Below, in pieces: positions 1 to 7,295 of a stretch of 13,033 bases of DNA. Positions within the stretch are counted from its first letter, which is position 1; each line of letters begins with the position of its first letter. The notes below the pieces were generated by a model. It was given only the letters and a program-made list of their open reading frames with translations. It did not search any database and was not told the origin of the DNA. Source of the DNA: an uncultured archaeon (GTDB lineage: Archaea > Asgardarchaeota > Lokiarchaeia > Sigyniarchaeales > SOKP01); the NCBI GenBank assembly GCA_964447495.1, contig CAYUTF010000075.1:2454-15486 (forward strand), read 5' to 3'. Made by a program: the position numbers and the translations under genes.

Positions 1-776
1 TTAAAAATTTTGGCAAAAAAATTTATTGATTGTTGATAAGATGGATTATTTGTTGATAAATCTAATAAATTCCCTCCAATTAAATTAATTCTACTAATCT
101 CGCTGTCATTTGGAATGAAACCTAACAAATGTACATTTTTTTCATTAATAAGCTTTACTTCTTTTTCTAGTATAGAACTTAAATTTTCTGGAAATCGATT
201 TCCAAGTACCCAGATATTTTTGAACTTTAGTTCAACTTCTCTTGAGACTTCAAATATTCTATTCATAGTATGAAAACCCATTTTACTCGGATCGGTAACA
301 ATTACTAAGTCTGTAACATCTCGTCCTGTTTTACGAGCAAAGTGTTCCAATCCCGCGGGGGAATCTATAAGAGTTATATCATAATTATCAGCAATAATGT
401 CTATTGCATGTTTTAATACATCGTTAATATAACAATAGCATCCTTCTCCTTCACTACGACCCATCTCAAGAAGATCATATTTATCTGTTTCAATAAGACA
501 GCTAAAAACTTCACTTTCAATAACCTGCATTTTATTCATTTGAGGTGGAAGTAAATTTAAACTAAGATTTCTTCTAAATTCTCGCATTTTACCTCCAATA
601 GTGTCTCTAAAATGAATATTTTTTCCAATAACATCCCCAATATTTGCGTCTGGATCAGCATCAATTACTAAAATACTAAGATTTTTAGAATTTTCAATTA
701 AATATTTTAAAAAGAGTACTAAACCAGTAGTTTTTCCAACTCCACCTTTTCCTGCAAATGATATAATTTTTTTCAA
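1..776 (-). CDS. cooC: CooC/AcsF-type MinD-like ATPase (CO dehydrogenase/acetyl-CoA synthase nickel-insertion accessory protein), 3' end truncated by window edge
   Basis: Not in ORF track (no stop within window). Manual translation from TTG at 776: MKKIISFAGKGGVGKTT (deviant Walker A), VIDADPDAN, LLEMGRSEGEGCYCYIN (CxC metal site typical of CooC), LIDSPAGLEHFAR, ending SINFFAKIF at the edge. Upstream in-frame stop at 798-800. Confidence 0.9.
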   Translation of the reverse strand, partial: MKKIISFAGKGGVGKTTGLVLFLKYLIENSKNLSILVIDADPDANIGDVIGKNIHFRDTIGGKMREFRRNLSLNLLPPQMNKMQVIESEVFSCLIETDKYDLLEMGRSEGEGCYCYINDVLKHAIDIIADNYDITLIDSPAGLEHFARKTGRDVTDLVIVTDPSKMGFHTMNRIFEVSREVELKFKNIWVLGNRFPENLSSILEKEVKLINEKNVHLLGFIPNDSEISRINLIGGNLLDLSTNNPSYQQSINFFAKIF

Positions 777-1239
777 ATTGAATTCACTATTAGCTTTCTA
801 TACATCGTTTATTTTAATTATTCTAATTGTTTTGGCAATTTATTTAATTAAATCTCTAAACAATAATAATTAATAAGCTTTTCTTCACGTAATGGAAAAT
901 TAAGGCTAAGAGCTAATTTTTAACTAGTTTGTAAGAGTTAATTTCTTCGTAAAAATACACTTTTTTACTCAATTAAATACCTAATTTTGAATAATTATTC
1001 GATATATATTAATTTATTTCTTTAAAGTTCTAAATTTAAAAATTATTCAAATTTCGTTGATCAAATTATCATAATTGATTCATCAATTAAGTTTTGTTTA
1101 GATTTATTAGACAATAAATGTTTTTCTTATTTTCAAATTCATAAAAATAAGATTTTTAATTTATGAATGATTATTCAAATAAAATTTCAAAATTAATTAA
1201 GAAATAAAATAATTTTTAGTAAATATAAGTGAAAAATAA

Positions 1240-1584
1240 TTGAATATAGCAGAATTAAGTAAATATGAAATTGAAGGTCCTAAGGAAGGAAAACTTATCA
1301 TTGATATCTATACTGAGTGGTGCGGTCCGTGTAAGTACGTATCTCCAGTTCTCGAAAAACTTAGAGATGAAGGTTTAATAAATTTGATACAAGTAGATCT
1401 TGATCAAAATCGTCCATTAGGTCAAGTCTTCGGTATAACAGCAATACCAACCCTTTTATTTTTTAAAGATGGGCAATTATTGGAAAAAAACATTCAACTT
1501 GATGGACAAATACTTGTTCAAAACGGTATAATGATTGGAGCTGCTGGAGAGTTAATTTTAAGAAAAATAATTGAACAAATGTAG
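1240..1584 (+). CDS. Thioredoxin family protein
   Basis: WCGPC active site and cis-Pro motif AIPTLLFFKDG; TTG start preceded by AAGTGA. Confidence 0.93.
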   Translation: MNIAELSKYEIEGPKEGKLIIDIYTEWCGPCKYVSPVLEKLRDEGLINLIQVDLDQNRPLGQVFGITAIPTLLFFKDGQLLEKNIQLDGQILVQNGIMIGAAGELILRKIIEQM

Positions 1585-1680
1585 TTTTAAAATAAAGAAT
1601 TGCAATTAATAATAACATAGTCATAAAATTTTTACAAAAATAATGATAGATTTTAATTTATATAATATGAAGGGTGCTAA

Positions 1681-2021
1681 ATGCCTTGGATAGATAAAAA
1701 TAGATGTGATGGTTGCGAACTATGTATTGAAGAATGTCCTGTAGGGGCTATTGTTTTGATTGAAGGTAAGGCTTAAATAGAGATGGAAAAATGCATTAGA
1801 TGTGGAACATGTCATGAAATATGTCCACAAAATGCATCTAGACATGTTAGTGAAAAAATTCCAGAAGAAATAGAAGATAATATTAATTGGGTAAAGGTAT
1901 ATTAGCACATTATGAAACAGAAAAAGAAAAAGAAGAATTTCTTAAAAGAATTAAAAGACACTTTCTAAAAGAAATAAAAGTTAATGAAAAAACTATAGAG
2001 AAGATTGAAGATCTTATATAA
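1681..2021 (+). pseudogene. Disrupted 2[4Fe-4S] ferredoxin with C-terminal helical extension
   Basis: ATG 1681 after GGTG: MPWIDKNRCDGCELCIEECPVGAIVLIEGKA*IEMEKCIRCGTCHEICPQNASRH. Two CxxCxxCxxxCP motifs, an in-frame TAA at 1774-1776, and a 1-nt frameshift near 1894-1896, after which GILAHYETEKEKEEFLKRIKRHFLKEIKVNEKTIEKIEDLI* runs to TAA 2019-2021. Confidence 0.85.
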
Positions 2022-2208
2022 GAGTTTTTTTATAAAAGAAGATTTATTTCATCAAGATTCGTATATTTTAAGCTTTATTCTCTTTTACGAAAGGATCTTT
2101 AAAATAAACTTCAAGAATATCCATAAAACAAATAAAAATTTAAATGCATTTAATAATCAAGGTAAATTCGTTCAATTAAATTAAAAAATAAAAAAAGAGG
2201 TTATATCT

Positions 2209-2979
2209 ATAAAGGATTTAGATGATGAAAAATTCAATAAGCTTTTATCTTATTGGATTAGCCATAACAATCAACATTCAAAAGAAATTAACAGGTGGAT
2301 TATAAAAATTAAAAGATCAATCTCTGAAGAAATAGCTCAAGATTTGACAAACGCAATTCAATTTTTTGATAAAATGAATAAAATATTTGAATCAGTAAAA
2401 CAAAGAGCGGGGAACGTTAAATATAAAAGTTCAGATGCGAAAGTAGAAAAACTAAAAAAAGCTTCAATATCTGGGCAGTTAGAATTGTCAAAAACTTTTG
2501 GATTAAAACAGATTGGTGTAATTCGTACACCATATAAAAATATTGCACCTTATCAACCAATAGAAGAAGATCAGGGCGATTTTCAAATTGTAGTTGATCC
2601 CCAATATATTGAAGGTCTTCATAAGCTCGACCAATTCAATTATATTTATGTGATATACTATATACATCGAGTATCGCGAGAAGTAAAGAATATTGTGTCA
2701 CCCTCTTGGACTGGAGGGATTGAAGTAGGAACATTCGCAAGTAGATCTCCTGTTCGCCCAAATTTTATAGGACTTAGCATTGTTCGGATAAAAAAGATTT
2801 TAAAGAATAAGATCTTCACGACAGGATTAGATGTATTCGATGGAACACCATTACTTGATATTAAACCTTATATTAAAGATTTAGATTCAAAATATGATGC
2901 AAATTATGGATGGATTGAAGAAATAGAGGGATTTGAACATCTACTTTTACATATCAAAGGTATACCTCACGACTATTAA
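2209..2979 (+). CDS. tsaA: TsaA/TrmO-family SAM-binding protein (tRNA t6A37 N6-methyltransferase-like) with extra N-terminal helical domain; start uncertain (ATA 2209 vs TTG 2344)
   Basis: Motifs IGVIRTPY, GTFASRSPVRPNFIGLS and GLDVFDGTPLLDIKPY from about 2497. The frame is open upstream of the tracked start back to a TAA at 2182; GAGGT at 2197-2201 sits 7 nt before ATA 2209. Confidence 0.85.
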   Translation: MKDLDDEKFNKLLSYWISHNNQHSKEINRWIIKIKRSISEEIAQDLTNAIQFFDKMNKIFESVKQRAGNVKYKSSDAKVEKLKKASISGQLELSKTFGLKQIGVIRTPYKNIAPYQPIEEDQGDFQIVVDPQYIEGLHKLDQFNYIYVIYYIHRVSREVKNIVSPSWTGGIEVGTFASRSPVRPNFIGLSIVRIKKILKNKIFTTGLDVFDGTPLLDIKPYIKDLDSKYDANYGWIEEIEGFEHLLLHIKGIPHDY

Positions 2980-2997
2980 AAGATCGTTAGAATAAAT

Positions 2998-3210
2998 TTA
3001 ATATTCTTTTAATTTGGGATCTTCAGTTCCATCAGGTAAAACATAGTCAGGAGATACATATCCTTCCGTTTCAAATCTTTTTTTCCTTATACAATTTTTT
3101 CCACCATTCCAACAATAATTTTCAACCCATTTCTTACCGATTAATCCTTTATCATAAGCTCGTTTTATAGCAGAAGTTTCATCATACCACCGACACAAAT
3201 TTTTCTTCAT
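2998..3210 (-). CDS. Small Cys-containing conserved hypothetical protein (70 aa)
   Basis: ATG at 3210 gives MKKNLCRWYD...KWVENYCWNGGKNCIRKK...SPDYVLPDGTEDPKL. Spacing CxWY / WxxxYC / CxR / PDxxLPDG resembles a small-protein family of anaerobes. This start avoids overlap with the sirtuin gene. Confidence 0.75.
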   Translation of the reverse strand: MKKNLCRWYDETSAIKRAYDKGLIGKKWVENYCWNGGKNCIRKKRFETEGYVSPDYVLPDGTEDPKLKEY

Positions 3211-3263
3211 ATCATTTATATATATTATATTACTATTATTTTTGTCTAAAAAGTGAATTAAAC

Positions 3264-4028
3264 TTGAAAATCGATGCCTATCAATTAGCTGCAGAATGGA
3301 TTTTAGAATCCAAATATACAATAGTTTTTACAGGGGCAGGAGTTTCCGTAGAAAGCGGGATCCCACCCTTTCGCGGTGAAAATGGGCTATGGAGCAAATA
3401 TGATCCATCTTTTTTATTAGCTAGTTATTTTAAGAAACATCCAAAAGAATCCTGGGAATTAATATATGAAATTTTTTATGATTTTTTCAATAAAGCAAAT
3501 CCAAATGACGCTCATTATATCATCGCAGAATTAGAAAAAAAAGGGTTAATTAATGCAATAATTACTCAAAACATAGACAATCTCCATCAAAAGGCAGGAA
3601 GTAAAAACATTGTGGAATTTCATGGAACATCAAGGACCTTAACATGTGTAAATTGTACCCAAAAATTTAATAGTAATAACCTTATAAAGAAAGAAAAATT
3701 ACCTCCTCACTGCCCCAATTGTGATGGTTTGCTAAAACCAGATTTCATATTTTTTAGTGAGTCAATTCCAGCTAAAGCTCGGACCCTTTCGAATAGATAC
3801 GCATCAATGGCCGGATTATTTATATTAGTAGGGACTACTGGAGAAATAATGCCTGCTTCTTTAATTCCGTATCTTGCAAGAGAAAAAGGTGCACGAATTA
3901 TTGAAGTCAACATTGAACCAACTAAATATACTCAGACAATTGTCGATATTCTTTTAAAAGGGAAAGCAACAGAAGTATTTATGAAATTGAAAAAATATTT
4001 AAATTCTAATAATACTCAAAATAATTGA
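3264..4028 (+). CDS. cobB: NAD-dependent protein deacylase, Sir2/CobB family
   Basis: FTGAGVSVESGIPPFRG, ITQNIDNLHQKAGS, catalytic EFHG, Zn ligands CVNC and CPNC, LKPDFIFF, VGTT, IEVN. Confidence 0.95.
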   Translation: MKIDAYQLAAEWILESKYTIVFTGAGVSVESGIPPFRGENGLWSKYDPSFLLASYFKKHPKESWELIYEIFYDFFNKANPNDAHYIIAELEKKGLINAIITQNIDNLHQKAGSKNIVEFHGTSRTLTCVNCTQKFNSNNLIKKEKLPPHCPNCDGLLKPDFIFFSESIPAKARTLSNRYASMAGLFILVGTTGEIMPASLIPYLAREKGARIIEVNIEPTKYTQTIVDILLKGKATEVFMKLKKYLNSNNTQNN

Positions 4029-4078
4029 AAATTTAGAATTAAGGACATGGTATAATAATATTTTTTGGTCAAATAGAA

Positions 4079-4765
4079 TTAAAAAGAAAAAGAATTCCCT
4101 ACACAAATTTGCTTAAATTGGGCTGGAAACCTTTTTTGAATAGCCCCTGTATGTTGTGTGCAATGACAGGCACCTATAAAATCAATTCCTTCTAAATATG
4201 AATATTTTTGGAAACCATGAAATCCTCCAATTACAGCTATAACCTTTGAAACCTCTTGTGCTTTCATAATAAAGTTCTCTAAACCCGGGTGTGCACATCC
4301 TACAAGAATTATAATTTCATTATTTCTAGATTTTAATAAAAGGGCTTGCTCTTTGATATTTTTTCCTATCTGTCCCGAAGAGTATATATTTTGGTCGATC
4401 TCCATTGAATCTGAAACACTAAAAATTTTTGCTTTAATAAATTTTCGATTATATGAACTTTCGACACTTTTTGGTACATAAATTTCGATATTTGAATTTA
4501 ATTTATATATCCCGTTTAATCCCCCCGCATGGTCATGATGGTTGTGAGAAATGACTACTTTTTCAATTTCCGAAGGATTAATATTAAATTGTTTAATATT
4601 ATGAATTAAAACATCAGAATCTCCCCCTGTATCAAATAAAACATATTTCTCACTAAATTCATTATAAATGAGAGTAGCAAATCCAAAACTGGTAAAGAAT
4701 CCATCCTTTTTGCATCGATTATCAAAAACAATCCTAATTTCAAAGGAATTTTCTTTATTTGTCAT
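4079..4765 (-). CDS. MBL-fold metallo-hydrolase (MJ0301-like / methanopterin-biosynthesis-annotated subfamily)
   Basis: LFDTGG, SHNHHDHAGG (HxHxDH), GCAHPG, GGFHG and ACHCT motifs. Confidence 0.9.
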   Translation of the reverse strand: MTNKENSFEIRIVFDNRCKKDGFFTSFGFATLIYNEFSEKYVLFDTGGDSDVLIHNIKQFNINPSEIEKVVISHNHHDHAGGLNGIYKLNSNIEIYVPKSVESSYNRKFIKAKIFSVSDSMEIDQNIYSSGQIGKNIKEQALLLKSRNNEIIILVGCAHPGLENFIMKAQEVSKVIAVIGGFHGFQKYSYLEGIDFIGACHCTQHTGAIQKRFPAQFKQICVGNSFSF

Positions 4766-4892
4766 ACTTAAAATATTGAATAATTATTCTTAAAAATAAT
4801 CAAACAATTAAATAATCAACATATAAAAAAAATTAAAAAGATTGTAATTTAGATTTAAATAGATGATATGAGATTAAAAGTGATTTTTAAAA

Positions 4893-5297
4893 ATGGTAGA
4901 AACCGTGATATTGTGTAAGGAGGGGACAATTAACTCTTACTTAAGTGCCCTCGTTATTGCAATGAATAAAAAGAAGAAAGGAAAAGATATATCAGTTGTG
5001 TTTATGCAAGAAGGATTGGTAGCACTTGTGGACAAAAAATTTAGGTTTGCACCTAGTTTGGAACCATATGCCAAAGATATAGAAAAAAATGCCGCCATGA
5101 TGGGCGTCCCTTCAGATCCTTTCGAATTAATAAAAGAAGCCAAAAGCGTTGGAGTTTCTTTATACGCTTGTCAAGCATGGATGAAACTCTTAGGGGGAAA
5201 ACCACCAAAATTTACAGTTCCGGAAGGTTTACAGAAGTTAGAATTATCAGAATTAATAGAAGCGCTGGACGAGGCAAAAAAAGTTTTTTCACTTTAA
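4893..5297 (+). CDS. DsrE/DsrF/DrsH-like sulfur-relay family protein
   Basis: Pattern GKDISVVFMQEGL...ELIKEAKSVGVSLYACQAW with the conserved C-terminal Cys; AAGTGA upstream of ATG. Confidence 0.8.
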   Translation: MVETVILCKEGTINSYLSALVIAMNKKKKGKDISVVFMQEGLVALVDKKFRFAPSLEPYAKDIEKNAAMMGVPSDPFELIKEAKSVGVSLYACQAWMKLLGGKPPKFTVPEGLQKLELSELIEALDEAKKVFSL

Positions 5298-5532
5298 ATT
5301 GAAAAATTTAAATCCATTGGTTTTTAAATTTCCTAGAGTTGAAAAAACCGGCTTAGTTTCCGAATTTTCAGGATTGATTTTCACGAGGATTATGTTGTTA
5401 AACAGTAGAAATTAAATTTGAAATCAAATTTGGAGTCTCTCCAAATGATAAACATTTACACATTAATAAAGCATTAATTTTAGCAAAATTAAACACTATT
5501 CCGCCAAAGGCTCTCAAAATAAATTTTACCAA

Positions 5533-5545
5533 TTTTTATATAAAA
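5533..5545 (+). promoter_or_regulatory. Candidate archaeal TATA box for the longin-like gene
   Basis: TTTTTATATAAAA about 50 nt upstream of TTG 5595; weak evidence given the AT-rich background. Confidence 0.3.
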
Positions 5546-5594
5546 CTTCTTTCATAGGTATAGCAGTAATTCGGGGTATAGGGTTATCTTAAAA

Positions 5595-6017
5595 TTGGTT
5601 GATTATCTACTAGATTTTTTAGTAATTAAAGATGGAGGTAAAGTTATTTTTAGCACTCCTTCGAAAATCATTACAGATGAATTACTGTTCGGAGGGTTTT
5701 TAGAAGCGTTAAATACATTCTATAATTTATCATTAAAAGATGAGCTCATTTTAATTGAAGGCCGATCTTATCGGATTTTATTTCTAATAAAGGAGGATAT
5801 ACAATTTATTGGAATAACAAAATCTTTGAGTGATCAGAAAAAAGCTCGAAAAGAATTAAAATTTTTTTGTCAGCGATTTATGAGCAAATATAGCAGTGAA
5901 CTTTCGAACTCAAACGGTACAGATGTGAGGGAATTTAAGAATTTTGACTCAGATATATCGAAATCAGTTAAGGATATCCTTTTAGAGCAATTAGAGAGGA
6001 AATGGTTTCCATTATAA
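5595..6017 (+). CDS. Stand-alone longin-like domain protein (Asgard eukaryotic-signature type)
   Basis: Beta-beta (FLVIKDGGKVIFS), helix (DELLFGGFLEALNTF), three strands, helix (KKARKELKFFCQRFMSKY), helix (DVREFKNFDSDI): the order and motifs of sedlin/sigma-adaptin-like longins. Confidence 0.75.
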   Translation: MVDYLLDFLVIKDGGKVIFSTPSKIITDELLFGGFLEALNTFYNLSLKDELILIEGRSYRILFLIKEDIQFIGITKSLSDQKKARKELKFFCQRFMSKYSSELSNSNGTDVREFKNFDSDISKSVKDILLEQLERKWFPL

Positions 6018-6123
6018 TTACATCTATGGAATACTAAGTTCATATATATTAATCCTTTATTATAGTGTATTTTTTAAAGTAATAATCTTTATATTACGGG
6101 TTTCCCTTTCTCTTAATTAAGGT

Positions 6124-6297
6124 ATGAGTAGTAAATTGAACTTCAATCCTGAGGAAAACATGTTATCTTGTGCATTTAACCATGCTTGTACTCTTCCTAA
6201 ATCGAAGGAAGTATGTAATTTTCCTAATTATAAGGAATGCCCTGAATATCAATCAAGAATGATAAAATTAAAAGCTTCTTCAAAAAGTATTTCTTAA
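6124..6297 (+). CDS. Small four-Cys protein (57 aa), possible metal-binding microprotein
   Basis: Below the ORF-track cutoff: MSSKLNFNPEENMLSCAFNHACTLPKSKEVCNFPNYKECPEYQSRMIKLKASSKSIS*; C-x5-C-x8-C-x7-C; fills an otherwise empty intergenic gap. Confidence 0.65.
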   Translation: MSSKLNFNPEENMLSCAFNHACTLPKSKEVCNFPNYKECPEYQSRMIKLKASSKSIS

Positions 6298-6362
6298 CTT
6301 AAAAGAAATTTTGAGAGAATTTTCTTATTCTAATTAATAATTCCTTTATGGTGATAGTTCCA

Positions 6363-7295
6363 TTAAAGGGAAATGTCGCGCTTTTTAAATCGAAGAATTC
6401 CTAAAATTAAAAAAACACATGCTATTACTATCAAAAATATAAGCGAACCCATAGGATGATAATAGTTTGTTCTTTCAAATTCAAATGTCATCGGATCAAA
6501 ACTATAAATTCCCCATATTTGAAACATATACTGCATATCCATTGGTATACCATTAAGGGCTAATTCTACAAAATAAGAATATACATTTATCATGTGATAC
6601 CCTAAATCAAAATGATACAGTTGAAATTTCTCGTAGAGAATCTCGTGTTCTGGTCCAAATGGCATCATAAAAAAAGGTCTGAAAGAAAGTAAGACATAGA
6701 ATATGAGAATTACCATAATAGCAGGAATTAAAGTAGCAGATCGTGGTTTCTTGAAAGCACAAGAAAAAGCCATGGAAATGAATCCAATTACAATAAGAAG
6801 CAATAGACCAAATAGAAGATGAATCATGAAGAATTCAAACACATGTGTGAACGGATATTTAATAAGAGCAAATAGAATCAAAAGACCTAAGCTAGCATTA
6901 ATTAATATGACCCCAAACAATACAACTGCGGCAAATTTACTCATTACGATCTTTACTCGTGAAATCGGCTTACTGACTAATGAAAGAATAGTTCCTGTGC
7001 TAAATTCAGAAGAGATCAATGGACCAGTTAAAAAGATGATAATCAGCGCAAATATCATAGTGAAAGTGTACATTAATACTGTAAACCCTAAAAAAATTAC
7101 TAATGAATCAGTATAGATATATTCAGTACTAAAAGTTAAAATGAATATAAGAGGAATACCGACCATAAAAATAAGTGATGCGATTAACTTTGAGGGTGTG
7201 CATACATTTTTAAAGAAGGTTTTTTTAAATAGAATTAGCGTGGGGTATGATTTGATCTGTTGCCTGCTTAATATATTGGAACTCTGCTCTTCCAT
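6363..7295 (-). CDS. ABC-2 type transporter permease
   Basis: About six hydrophobic segments; ISSEFSTGTILSLVSKPISRVKIVMSKF motif; C-terminal FKKRDI; ATG directly follows the ATPase stop. Confidence 0.92.
   Translation of the reverse strand: MEEQSSNILSRQQIKSYPTLILFKKTFFKNVCTPSKLIASLIFMVGIPLIFILTFSTEYIYTDSLVIFLGFTVLMYTFTMIFALIIIFLTGPLISSEFSTGTILSLVSKPISRVKIVMSKFAAVVLFGVILINASLGLLILFALIKYPFTHVFEFFMIHLLFGLLLLIVIGFISMAFSCAFKKPRSATLIPAIMVILIFYVLLSFRPFFMMPFGPEHEILYEKFQLYHFDLGYHMINVYSYFVELALNGIPMDMQYMFQIWGIYSFDPMTFEFERTNYYHPMGSLIFLIVIACVFLILGILRFKKRDISL

Noticed and set aside
1774-1776. Selenocysteine/pyrrolysine or alternative-code readthrough in the ferredoxin
   Set aside because: The codon is TAA, not TGA or TAG; it is not at a Cys ligand position; TAA terminates most other genes here; and a separate frameshift also breaks the gene.
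1720-1908. 62-aa minus-strand ORF
   Set aside because: Antisense shadow of the ferredoxin pseudogene.
3211-3321. N-terminal extension of the tracked 107-aa ORF
   Set aside because: Overlaps the sirtuin start on the opposite strand and crosses promoter-like AT-rich DNA; ATG 3210 is the more plausible start.
3707-3913. 68-aa minus-strand ORF
   Set aside because: Antisense shadow within the sirtuin.
4937-5143. 68-aa minus-strand ORF
   Set aside because: Antisense shadow within the DsrE-like gene.
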